Source: Candidatus Fraserbacteria bacterium
GTDB taxonomy: Bacteria > Bipolaricaulota > Bipolaricaulia > RBG-16-55-9 > DRXL01
DNA: 64,000 nucleotides
Assembly: GCA_947085185.1 (NCBI GenBank)
Contig: CAMTVK010000003.1
Coordinates: 964 to 64,963, forward strand
Reading direction: 5' to 3'
The notes under the pieces were generated by a model. The model did not search any database and had not been told where the DNA came from. It saw only the letters and a program-made list of their open reading frames with translations. The first letter of the stretch is position 1. Every line of letters starts with the position of its first letter. Made by a program: the position numbers and the translations under genes. This document shows, piece after piece, positions 26,613 through 35,721 of the stretch.

Positions 26613-28558
26613 GAGATCCCCCAAGAATAAGACGCTTCGAGGTCTTCTTGGGGGAGCTCCTCGATGAACCGCGAGGGGGCATTGAAGAGCACCGAGCCGT
26701 AGAGCGAACGCTGATTTGTGAGCGACAGATAGACTCTCTCTTTGGCTCTGGTCAGCCCAACATAGAAGAGCCGGCGCTCTTCTTCGAGGGTGCCCTCACG
26801 GATGCTGCGTGCATGGGGGAGAATATTCTCTTCCAGAGCGACTAAAAAGACATAGTCGAACTCCAGCCCCTTAGCAGAGTGCAAGGTCATCAGGGCAACG
26901 CGCTCGTGCGAGCCTGAGTACGTGTCTGCTTCGGCCATGAGTGCGAGTTCTTCGAGAAAATCTCTGAGATCGCCGCGCTGCTCGAACTCTTTCAAATATC
27001 CCACAAACTCGCGGATATTCCCCAATCGCTCTTCGGACTCTAAGCCGTCGGCTTGGAGCTCCGTCAAGTATCCTGTGCGGCGCAAGAGCTCTTCGGCGAG
27101 CTCGCTGGGACTGTGCGTAGCCGCATAGTCTTGCAAGCTGTTCATCAAGGCGAAAAACTCTGTGAGCCGAGTGCGCGTGCTGCTCCCTAGATCGCCGTTC
27201 TCGCTGGCTTGCGCGATGGCCTCCCACAGGGAGTATCCGCGAGCACGAGCTTGCCGCTGCAGCGTTGCCACGGTCTTATCTCCGATGCCTCGACGGGGCT
27301 TGTTCACAATTCTCAGCAGACTCAAATCGTCATAGGGATTGGAGAGCACTCGCAGATACGCTAAGAGATCTTTGATCTCGGCGCGCTCGTAAAATTTCAA
27401 CCCGCGCACGATCTCGTAGGGGATGTTCCAGCGTATCAAAGACTCTTCGAGCACGCGCGAGAGCGTGTTCACCCGATAGAGCACAGCGATCTGCTTGAGC
27501 GAGACCCCATGGCTGTGCCACAGCTCCCAGATCTGCTGGGCGACAAAATTGGCTTCGTCGTGCTCATCGCGCGCGTAATAGAGAGAGAGTCGTTCCCCCT
27601 CAGGCCGCTCGGCCATGAGCTCTTTGGGCTTTCTGAGCTGATTATTTTGAATCACCGCCGAGGCAGCCCGCAGAATGCGAGCGGTCGAGCGGTAGTTCGA
27701 CTTCAGCTGGACGACCTTACAGTTGGGAAAATCATGCTCGAACTTAAAAATATTCGTGGGATCGGCCCCGCGCCACCCGAAGATCGCCTGATCGTCGTCG
27801 CCGACCACACAGATATTCTCGTACTTCTCTGCCAGCAGTCGGGAGAAGATATACTGAGCATAGTTTGTGTCTTGATATTCGTCAATGACAAGAAAGCGAA
27901 AGCGATCCCGATAGTGATTGAGAATATCCAAGCGCTCGTGGAAGAGTCGCACGGTCAGCCTTATGAGATCGGCGAAATCAAGGGCATTGCTCGACTGGAG
28001 GCGACGCTGATAGTGCTTATAGATTCTGTCTAAGAGCTCAAGGAGATAGCTGTCGAAGACGCCGACGCGGCGGCTGGCGAACTCTTCGGGGCCGATCAAT
28101 TCGTCTTTGGCTCGCTCTATGACGTGCGCCACAAAGTCGGGGCTGAGGCCCTCGTCGCTGTAGCCGAGCTCTTTGATAGTCTGTACGAGCGCGGCGCGGC
28201 TGTCGTCCTCATCGAGAATAGTAAAGTTCTGCGTATAGTTTCCCCCCAGATGATGGATCTGCTCGCGCAAGATTGCCGCAGCTGTCGCGTGGAACGTCTT
28301 GATCCACGGGGTCTGATGGGTTCCCACGAGTCTTTCTACACGACATTTCATCTCTTGGGCAGCTTTGTTGGTGAAGGTGACGCCCAATATCTGATGGGGG
28401 GGGACTTTGTAATGGGCCATGAGATACGCGATGCGATGGGTGATCGTGCGGGTCTTGCCCGAGCCCGCCCCGGCAATAATTAAGAGCGGGCCCTCAAAGT
28501 GGGTGACGGCCTCGCGCTGATAGGGATTGAGATCTTTTACAATAGCGTCCTCCACCAT
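26609..28558 (-). CDS. ATP-dependent DNA helicase, UvrD/PcrA/Rep family
   Basis: LNPYQREAV…AGAGSGKT helicase motifs I etc. Confidence 0.9.
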   Translation of the reverse strand: MVEDAIVKDLNPYQREAVTHFEGPLLIIAGAGSGKTRTITHRIAYLMAHYKVPPHQILGVTFTNKAAQEMKCRVERLVGTHQTPWIKTFHATAAAILREQIHHLGGNYTQNFTILDEDDSRAALVQTIKELGYSDEGLSPDFVAHVIERAKDELIGPEEFASRRVGVFDSYLLELLDRIYKHYQRRLQSSNALDFADLIRLTVRLFHERLDILNHYRDRFRFLVIDEYQDTNYAQYIFSRLLAEKYENICVVGDDDQAIFGWRGADPTNIFKFEHDFPNCKVVQLKSNYRSTARILRAASAVIQNNQLRKPKELMAERPEGERLSLYYARDEHDEANFVAQQIWELWHSHGVSLKQIAVLYRVNTLSRVLEESLIRWNIPYEIVRGLKFYERAEIKDLLAYLRVLSNPYDDLSLLRIVNKPRRGIGDKTVATLQRQARARGYSLWEAIAQASENGDLGSSTRTRLTEFFALMNSLQDYAATHSPSELAEELLRRTGYLTELQADGLESEERLGNIREFVGYLKEFEQRGDLRDFLEELALMAEADTYSGSHERVALMTLHSAKGLEFDYVFLVALEENILPHARSIREGTLEEERRLFYVGLTRAKERVYLSLTNQRSLYGSVLFNAPSRFIEELPQEDLEASYSWGIS

Positions 28559-28571
28559 TGTCCCAATTATA

Positions 28572-29645
28572 TCACACCAATTTGAGCTGGTGCTCCTCGA
28601 GCTCGTGGGGCGACTGGAAGGGCTTGACGCTGATGCGGAACGTCTCAGGGCTGTTTTCGAAGCGCCAGTGGGCTTGGACGTTCCCGAAGGGTCTTTCGCT
28701 CAAGTGACTGGCGGCCACACGCGCAGCCATCTGAATGATCTGAGCGATCTCGCTGGGGCTCTTCTCTTTCCAATTGGCGCGCACGAGGGCCATCGGCCCG
28801 CGCGGCCCCGGCAGATACAAGCGCAAATCCTCAGGAAGAAAGAAATTTTGCAACCGTCGCTTCTCCTCGTCGTCGCGCCCCAGCACGATGGTGACATCGG
28901 GCGGACGCTTATAATAGAGCGGAAACTCTAAAAGCTCCAGGGCATTGACGGTGAGCTTCTCTTCTTTCAAAAGATCGCCCAGTCGCGGCCCAAAGTACGG
29001 CACGGTGAGCTTACAGCGTCGCTGCGCGGGGAAATCAGAGACTTCGACCCCCAGCTCGCGCGCCAAAGTGCGAATCTTTTCTTTATCAGAAGCGCGAAAC
29101 CCTTGAAGCGCCGCACGATCAATCCAGCCCTGCTGCTCCGCGATGGTCGGCGCAAGGAGCTTCGCGGACAGCGGGCGCAGCACCAGCCCTTGGGCCCCAG
29201 CACGCTCCGCGAGCTTCTCTAATTCAGCCACCCCAAGACCACGCTCCCCTACGACCTCCCCGGTGACGATGAAATCCGCGCCGATGCGCTTCATATAGCG
29301 CAGGGCTTTCTTCAGCAGCAGCTGGCGACAGTTGATGCACGTGTGCTTCAGAGAAGAGGAGCCGTTGGTGCTCGGCGGATGCACGATCTTGGCCAGCTCG
29401 CGAAAATCTTTTTTGACGTTCTGGCTGCGGAACGGCGCGTCACAAACCTCACGGACGATATCTTTCACCGTGCGGTGGCAAAAGCCCGTATCGGAGTTCG
29501 GCGACGGGATCGCTTCATACTCGCGAAAGAATGGGGACCGCAGATGGAGAATCCGGACCTCGGTGATGGCAGGTTGCTGGAGAACGAGCTTGGTCGCGAC
29601 GATACTCGCAAGACTCCCAGAAAAGAGAGCTACGGCGCGTGCCAT
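28572..29645 (-). CDS. ThiI-like PP-loop domain protein with degenerate SGGxDS motif (FSGSLAS) and C-terminal extension
   Basis: CINCRQ…GADFIVTGEVVGERG…LRPL resembles ThiI core; no THUMP domain. Confidence 0.5.
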   Translation of the reverse strand: MARAVALFSGSLASIVATKLVLQQPAITEVRILHLRSPFFREYEAIPSPNSDTGFCHRTVKDIVREVCDAPFRSQNVKKDFRELAKIVHPPSTNGSSSLKHTCINCRQLLLKKALRYMKRIGADFIVTGEVVGERGLGVAELEKLAERAGAQGLVLRPLSAKLLAPTIAEQQGWIDRAALQGFRASDKEKIRTLARELGVEVSDFPAQRRCKLTVPYFGPRLGDLLKEEKLTVNALELLEFPLYYKRPPDVTIVLGRDDEEKRRLQNFFLPEDLRLYLPGPRGPMALVRANWKEKSPSEIAQIIQMAARVAASHLSERPFGNVQAHWRFENSPETFRISVKPFQSPHELEEHQLKLV

Positions 29646-29661
29646 TCCTCATCCCTCCCCC

Positions 29662-29680
29662 GGAACGTTTATGGAACGTT
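29662..29680. promoter_or_regulatory. Tandem direct repeat GGAACGTT-tat-GGAACGTT (each unit contains palindromic AACGTT) in thiI-like/helicase upstream region
   Basis: Seen in 54-nt gap between hpf stop and thiI-like start. Confidence 0.3.
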
Positions 29681-29699
29681 CCGCCATTCCCGATGTCTC

Positions 29700-30236
29700 T
29701 CAGTATACTGGCTCGAGAAGCTCGTACTGGCCATCCTTATGCCGATGGAGGATGTTCAGTTTTCGGTCCTCGGCGTCCACAAAAATAAGAAAGTCTTTAT
29801 TGCACGACTCTAATTGGAGACGAGCCTCTTCGAGCGTCATGGGTTTGCGCACATAGACTTTCGTATAGATAATATTGTCTTCGCTTGGAGGTTGAGCGTC
29901 CTCGAGGGCGCGTTGGCGGGCCTTGGCTGCCGCTTGGCGAGCCGGACGCTTCTCGCGCAACTGATCTTTATATTTGCGCAGCTGTTGCTTCAGTTTGTCT
30001 ACCGCTTCGTCAATGGACGCGTACATATCGTCGGACTCGGCGCTGGCTTTCACGACCTTACGCTTGACTAAATGCGCCACGATCTCCACGATCTGGCGCT
30101 CTTTCTCCACGTCCATGACGATATCAACACTGATGATGCCGTCAAAATATCGTGAGAGGGCTTCGACCTTGGAGACGGCATACGTGTTGAGCGCTTCGCT
30201 CTCCGCCATATGCCGTTCGGATACTCGAATCTTCAT
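29700..30236 (-). CDS. hpf: Ribosome hibernation promoting factor, long form
   Basis: N-terminal RaiA/HPF S30AE domain plus C-terminal dimerisation domain, 178 aa. Confidence 0.85.
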   Translation of the reverse strand: MKIRVSERHMAESEALNTYAVSKVEALSRYFDGIISVDIVMDVEKERQIVEIVAHLVKRKVVKASAESDDMYASIDEAVDKLKQQLRKYKDQLREKRPARQAAAKARQRALEDAQPPSEDNIIYTKVYVRKPMTLEEARLQLESCNKDFLIFVDAEDRKLNILHRHKDGQYELLEPVY

Positions 30237-30382
30237 AGCGTCGGTTTACTATAGCACAAGACCTCGAAAAAGTCAAGGCACAGACAGAAAAATCTCGAAT
30301 TCAAGGGAGCTTCCCTGCCGTCAGTAAGAACCAAGAGAGCCCCTGGCAGGGCCTGCACGCGTGGTGTATCTTATGTGCTGCT

Positions 30383-30898
30383 ATGTGTGAACGAGCAGAT
30401 TCAGTGATGCGCCGCGCTCTGATGGCTGATCTGGACAGAATCCTTGAGATCGAGCAGCTCTCGTTTCCCGTGCCCTGGCCGCGGGAGTATCTTGCCCAGC
30501 ACCTGGGCGATGACGGCTTTGTCGTGCTCGAGCACGAGGGGCGTGTCGTGGGGTACACGGTCATCGGGATCAAGATCCCCTCGTTTTTGGCGCGGCTGGA
30601 GCGGCGGACGCGGGCGCTTCTGTCTGGGGAAGACCCCCAAGAACCTCCCCCTGTGGGGCATATTCTCAACATTGCTGTGGATCCGGCGTATCGTGGGCGT
30701 GGTCTGGGGAAGCGTCTCTTGGAGTATGCTCTGGACTACTGCCGTCAAGTGGGGGCAGAGCGTGTCGAGCTGGAGGTGCGCACGAGCAATAGCGCCGCCA
30801 TCGCGCTCTACCAGAAGTACGGCTTTGTGATTCACGAGCTCATCCCGTGCTATTATAGCGATGGTGAAGACGCGTTCGTCATGGTCAGGAGGCTCTAA
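30383..30898 (+). CDS. rimI: GNAT acetyltransferase, RimI-like
   Basis: NIAVDPAYRGRGLGKRLL acetyl-CoA motif; true start may be internal Met (30407). Confidence 0.7.
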   Translation: MCERADSVMRRALMADLDRILEIEQLSFPVPWPREYLAQHLGDDGFVVLEHEGRVVGYTVIGIKIPSFLARLERRTRALLSGEDPQEPPPVGHILNIAVDPAYRGRGLGKRLLEYALDYCRQVGAERVELEVRTSNSAAIALYQKYGFVIHELIPCYYSDGEDAFVMVRRL

Positions 30899-31538
30899 GT
30901 ATCTGTGCTAAGTCTTCGGGGGTATCTATGTCCCATTGGGTTGGCTCTTCGTGGGGGGCGAGCTCTATTTTCACGGCGCTCTCCCAATATTGTGTGAGAA
31001 TCTTTATCCCGCTTGCGTCGCCGGAGAGCTTTTCAAATTCTCCAAAGAGTTCTTTGGGCAGGGCCACGGGGCGTCCTGGGGACCCCTGATAGATGGGAAA
31101 ACAGAGTTTCCGGGAGCCGAGAAAAGCCTCGACGACTCGCGCGATGAGCTCTTTGGTCATCAAGGGCATATCGCCCAAGAGCACGACGGCCCCAGCAGAG
31201 TGCTTGGGCACGGCGGCCAGCCCACACTTGAGCGATTCCGCCCGGCCCTGCCCCCACTGGGGATTCTTGAGCACGCGCAGCTTGGGGGAATCTTTGAGCT
31301 CTTCAAGGGCTTGGAGGGCTTTTTCGCACTCATATCCCAAGACGAGGATCACCGGGTCGAGTGGGGCTTGTAAAGCTTCTTTGAGCGCGTGATAGAGCAC
31401 GGCGTGCCCCCCCACAGGGAAGAGCAGCTTATTCTGTCCGAAGCGACGGCTCGCTCCGGCAGCCAGCACAACCCCAGGCAGGGTCTCTTCTGAAGACCCT
31501 ACGGGCTCTTTAAGATCCCACGCTTCTCCAAGATCCAT
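30885..31538 (-). CDS. MobA-like NTP transferase (molybdenum cofactor cytidylyl/guanylyltransferase-like)
   Basis: VVLAAGASRRFG motif; start chosen at MDLGEAW. Confidence 0.65.
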   Translation of the reverse strand: MDLGEAWDLKEPVGSSEETLPGVVLAAGASRRFGQNKLLFPVGGHAVLYHALKEALQAPLDPVILVLGYECEKALQALEELKDSPKLRVLKNPQWGQGRAESLKCGLAAVPKHSAGAVVLLGDMPLMTKELIARVVEAFLGSRKLCFPIYQGSPGRPVALPKELFGEFEKLSGDASGIKILTQYWESAVKIELAPHEEPTQWDIDTPEDLAQILRAS

Positions 31539-32623
31539 AACCCGCTTCTCATATCGCTCCCTAATACATACTTTCCGAAGGGATAGACATCCCAAAAGCC
31601 GTCGAAGGGATGGGGGAAGCGCGACCGTCCCCCGTAGGGGTCGAACGCCGCGACTTCTTTGGGCTCTTGGGGGTTGCTGTACTCGAAGACCCGAATCCCA
31701 TTGGTGTAGTACGCGACGTACCCGAAGGCCCCGTCTATGACGACGTTATGGGGAATAGTGCCGTTGCCGTACTGCCCCAAAAATTTGATCTCTTGGGGAT
31801 TGGAGATCTCGAAGATTCTGATGGGTTCGCCGGGGGCTTCGTCGGCGGTGAAGACGAGTTTGCCGTCGGGGCTGGGCCAGATGTTATGGCTGGCTCCGCG
31901 CCCATAGACGTGATGGGCGATCAGTTTATAGCTGAGCTGTTGGGGGTTATCTAAGTTCTCAAAGTCAATGATCCAGAAGCCCGTGTCCCAGGCAGCCGCA
32001 TAGAGTCGGTTGCCGATGACCGTGACATCGTGGACGTTGGTGGGGGCTTTGTCCTCGAATTCGACGGGGCCGAAGCTGATGGGCTTAGTGGGGTCAGTCA
32101 AGTCCACCATGAAGAGTTCGCCCTGGCCGCGCCCGATGGTGGGCAGGAAGCAGACTTTGCCGGCAACGAAGACGTTGTGCACTGTGCCATACTCGCTCGA
32201 TTGCACGGTGCTGACGAGCTTAGGGTTCTTCCAGTCGCTGATGTCATAGATTAAGACCCTGCGGCGGTCGGCGGCGCGCACGAGCCCGCAGACCAGAAAA
32301 TTCTCATAAAAATCTATATCGCGGCAGTCGCCGCGGATCTCGCGGATATCAAGAGTGGCGATTTGAGGGTTTTGGGGATCGCTGAACTCCACAAGATGGA
32401 TGAGCGATCCTGCGGCGACTCCGGCGAGGGTGTCGCGGGCCCACATGCCGGTGGCATGCCAGGGTTCTCCGTCGATGAGGCTAAGGGGCAGCTCGACCTG
32501 CTTAATTGGGACTAAGAGCGATTCACTCGACTGGGCGAGGGCGGGGCGTGTTCTGCCAGCAAGCAAGAGGGCTCCCAGGCCCAGGCGCAGGAACGTGCGG
32601 CGTGTCAGGCTGTGTTTGGCCAT
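31499..32623 (-). CDS. Tat-secreted LVIVD-repeat beta-propeller protein
   Basis: Twin-arginine signal TRRTFLRLGLGALLLA; repeated D-[IV]-x-[IV]-x-G-N/ W-D hydrophobic blades; AAGGAGG RBS at ATG 32623. Confidence 0.7.
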   Translation of the reverse strand: MAKHSLTRRTFLRLGLGALLLAGRTRPALAQSSESLLVPIKQVELPLSLIDGEPWHATGMWARDTLAGVAAGSLIHLVEFSDPQNPQIATLDIREIRGDCRDIDFYENFLVCGLVRAADRRRVLIYDISDWKNPKLVSTVQSSEYGTVHNVFVAGKVCFLPTIGRGQGELFMVDLTDPTKPISFGPVEFEDKAPTNVHDVTVIGNRLYAAAWDTGFWIIDFENLDNPQQLSYKLIAHHVYGRGASHNIWPSPDGKLVFTADEAPGEPIRIFEISNPQEIKFLGQYGNGTIPHNVVIDGAFGYVAYYTNGIRVFEYSNPQEPKEVAAFDPYGGRSRFPHPFDGFWDVYPFGKYVLGSDMRSGLWILEKRGILKSP

Positions 32624-32911
32624 GCGGTCCTCCTTTGAAGTATAGACAAAGAGTGTGCCCATTGTATCTGGAGTGGGGGTAGGGGTGCAAGAGGGGTCTT
32701 GACAGCGATGGGCTTCTTATGCTAAGATTTTCTTACACAGGAGCGCATGAGACCTTAAAAATGTCTCTGGGCCGAAGGGCACAAAACGCACAAAAAGGGT
32801 CCTGCGCCAACGGGGTTCTGTTCTAGAAGCAAAGGAGGTGGGAATCGAGGACTGAAGCTCATCTCACAATCGCACACTCAATCTTTCAACTCTCGCGCGA
32901 GGTGATCAACA

Positions 32912-34111
32912 GTGAAGTCGTTGAAGTGGTGTAGCATTGCGGTCATTGTAGCACTCTTAGCTGTGTGGGGTAGCCAGGCGCAAGATTGGAACATTCGGTC
33001 AGTGGCTCAAGGGCCCGATGCTGCCAAGAAGCGGGTCGTGGAACCGGACGTAGCCGTGGCGCCTGGTGGTAGAGTCTATGTCAGCTATATCGATCAACAG
33101 GCGAATGCCATCAAGCTCCTTCAGGTTGGAGGAGCAACAGCCGAGCTAGTGCGTGAGAACCGCGTAGTCGGGACGACGGTCGCAGCTACAGATACGCTTG
33201 TGTGCGTCTCCTGGGAAGAGCTCAGCGACGTCCACGAGGTCTGGCAGGCGTGCTGGAACGCTGATCTTTCACTAGTTGTTGAGCCCTGGCGCTTGTCCAC
33301 TGAAGGGATTATCGCAGGCCAGGCTAACGGGGCTGGCTGGGAGGAGTTCGGGGTCAACTTCGATAACACCTTCGCCCCCGATGGCACGCTCTATGCCATC
33401 TGGTCTGAGGATTACGCCAAGCTTGTAGCTGGCAAGTACAAGGACGGGGCTGTGAGCGCTTGCGGAGAATTCCCGCCTGTGCCCATCCCGGATGCTCCCA
33501 TCCGCTATCCCACAATCTACGTCGACAGTGCTGGTGGGGTTTGGGTGGCAAGTGCCGATGTCTCGTATCCTCCAGGACCGAACATCTGGGTCTGGTACTC
33601 TGATGATCAGTGTGCCAGCTGGAAGGGCCCCGTGGATGTTACCCCAACTGGCCTCTACAGTGATGGTGCGGGGATCGTCCGCCTTGGCGATAAGATCTAT
33701 ATTGTGCTCGATGACGATGCGGGTGCTGCTCCGCAAACCGCAGACATCCACGTCTACACCTGTGATGCCACACCCGCTGGCGTGGCCAACTGTGTGCGCA
33801 GTGTCGTCTACCAAAGAGGCGGCTTCCCGCACATCGCCACCGATGGCAAGGGGCTGTACGTTACCTCCAACGATAATGATGTGCGTGAGGTGCAGTTCGC
33901 CTACTCCTGCGATGCGGGAGTCAGTTGGACGCCGGCGCATATCCCCAACAAGTGGAATCTTGGCTACAGGGACCCGGACTTCGGAGCCGTGCTCTCGCGC
34001 GTCCGAGTAGCGACGAGCGCAGGATCGGACAGCGTCTATGTAGTGTGGTTCTGGCGCGCTGAGGGCAGGAGCAACATCATGCTCGCCTCGCGGCCCAAGC
34101 CCTGCCAATAG
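32912..34111 (+). CDS. Secreted BNR/sialidase-like repeat protein
   Basis: Signal peptide; SxDxGxxW-like motifs (SCDAGVSW, SDDQCASW); GTG start with GAGGTGA RBS. Confidence 0.6.
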   Translation: MKSLKWCSIAVIVALLAVWGSQAQDWNIRSVAQGPDAAKKRVVEPDVAVAPGGRVYVSYIDQQANAIKLLQVGGATAELVRENRVVGTTVAATDTLVCVSWEELSDVHEVWQACWNADLSLVVEPWRLSTEGIIAGQANGAGWEEFGVNFDNTFAPDGTLYAIWSEDYAKLVAGKYKDGAVSACGEFPPVPIPDAPIRYPTIYVDSAGGVWVASADVSYPPGPNIWVWYSDDQCASWKGPVDVTPTGLYSDGAGIVRLGDKIYIVLDDDAGAAPQTADIHVYTCDATPAGVANCVRSVVYQRGGFPHIATDGKGLYVTSNDNDVREVQFAYSCDAGVSWTPAHIPNKWNLGYRDPDFGAVLSRVRVATSAGSDSVYVVWFWRAEGRSNIMLASRPKPCQ

Positions 34112-34189
34112 ACCAAAGCTTATGACGGCTGAGGGGCTAAGCTCACGAGGGCTTGGCCCCTCTTTTTATAATACGCAGCTCTCCGTGAT

Positions 34190-34456
34190 TCACGCACCCC
34201 GGCAGTCCCCCCCGCGCACCCATAAGTCAATGATCGTGATCATAACTGAGTCGCTAATGGGCTGCGGTATATCCGGCCCAACACGGCTCTGCGCGATCCA
34301 TAAATCTAACGCGATCACGATCTCCTGATCGTCAATGAAGTGATCAGGGACGTTGAGCTTGGCGATCAAGCACGGGATGGTGCGCGCCTCTTCAGCCGCT
34401 CCCATAAGCCCAGCAAGCACCAGAAGAAACACACTGACCCTACAGATACTACGCAT
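34190..34456 (-). CDS. Small secreted protein carrying two copies of the I-x-F/D-x-Q-x-x-x-A-[IL]-x-LW motif found in downstream PKD proteins
   Basis: Signal peptide MRSICRVSVFLLVLAGLMGA; motifs IDDQEIVIALDLWIAQ and ISDSVMITIIDLW. Confidence 0.45.
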   Translation of the reverse strand: MRSICRVSVFLLVLAGLMGAAEEARTIPCLIAKLNVPDHFIDDQEIVIALDLWIAQSRVGPDIPQPISDSVMITIIDLWVRGGDCRGA

Positions 34457-35720
34457 ATAACCCCCGCGCGCGTGCCGCTGTGGCCACACGGTCCACCGCG
34501 ACCATATACGCTGCTGTCCTCAGATCGATCTTCTCTCTCTGAGCCATCTCCCAGACGCGATTGAACGCATTGACCATGAAGCGTCGCAGGCGCCTGTCCA
34601 CCCTCTCCGCACTCCAGAAATAGAACGCCCGATCTTGCACCCACTCGAAATACGAGACCGTCACCCCACCGGAGTTCGCCAAAATGTCCGGCACAACAAC
34701 AATACCCCGGTCGTGCAGGATACGGTCGGCCTCGAGGGTCGTGGGGCCGTTGGCGAGCTCGATCACTATCTGAGCGCGAATCTTCTGAGCGTTGGCTGTC
34801 GTAATTTGATTCTCGATCGCTGCAGGAACTAAGATATCGCAGTCGAGCTCGAGCAGCTCTTGATTGGTGATGGGCTCGGTATCTCTGAATCGCACCACAG
34901 AACCGGTCCTGCGCTCGTGTTCTTTGAGGGCGACAGGGTCAATGCCGTGGGGGTTATAGACGCCGCCCTTGGCGTCACTGACGGCAATAATTTTTGCGCC
35001 GCCTTCGGCACAGAAGCGCGCCATGCTTGAGCCGACGTTGCCAAACCCTTGAATAGCGACGCGTGTCCCTTCAAGCTTCATATTGAGACGCTTGAGGGTC
35101 TCTTGGAGCACAAAGTAGCCGCCTCGTCCGGTGGCGGTGTCGCGCCCTTCGGATCCCCCTAAGACTTTAGGCTTTCCCGTCACCAGGCCGGGCATGAACA
35201 TGCTGTTATGATGCATACTGATCGTATCAACGAACCAGGCCATCTCGCGCTCGCCGGTGAAGACATCTGGGGCAGGGATGTCTATATCCGGCCCGATGAT
35301 GGGAGCGATCTCGGCCGCATACCGCCGGGTGATGCGCTCCAGCTCCCCTGGAGAGAGCTCCAACGGATTACAGCGCACGCCCCCCTTGGCCCCACCAAAG
35401 GGGATCTGTGCGACCGCGCACTTCCATGTCATCAGAATCGCGAGCGCTTCGACTTCTTCGAGCGTGACGTCCGGGTGATAGCGAATCCCGCCCTTGGCTG
35501 GTCCCAAGACCAAGTGATGCTGGACGCGAAAGCCCTCAAAGTGCTGGACGCTCCCATCGTCCATGACCACGGGAAAGACGACGATGAGCTTGCGCTTGGG
35601 ATGGCGCAAGAGAATCCGCAACGGCTTTTCCAACTTCAGGCGGTCCGCAGCCTCATCAAAAAAGTGATGGGCCATCTCCAACATGCCCATCTCCGAGCGA
35701 CGCTTGAGTTCTTCAGACAT
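34449..35720 (-). CDS. gdhA: Glutamate dehydrogenase (Glu/Leu/Phe/Val dehydrogenase family)
   Basis: GGAKGGVRCNP active-site motif, GFGNVG Rossmann. Confidence 0.9.
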   Translation of the reverse strand: MSEELKRRSEMGMLEMAHHFFDEAADRLKLEKPLRILLRHPKRKLIVVFPVVMDDGSVQHFEGFRVQHHLVLGPAKGGIRYHPDVTLEEVEALAILMTWKCAVAQIPFGGAKGGVRCNPLELSPGELERITRRYAAEIAPIIGPDIDIPAPDVFTGEREMAWFVDTISMHHNSMFMPGLVTGKPKVLGGSEGRDTATGRGGYFVLQETLKRLNMKLEGTRVAIQGFGNVGSSMARFCAEGGAKIIAVSDAKGGVYNPHGIDPVALKEHERRTGSVVRFRDTEPITNQELLELDCDILVPAAIENQITTANAQKIRAQIVIELANGPTTLEADRILHDRGIVVVPDILANSGGVTVSYFEWVQDRAFYFWSAERVDRRLRRFMVNAFNRVWEMAQREKIDLRTAAYMVAVDRVATAARARGLYA

Positions 35721-35721
35721 A

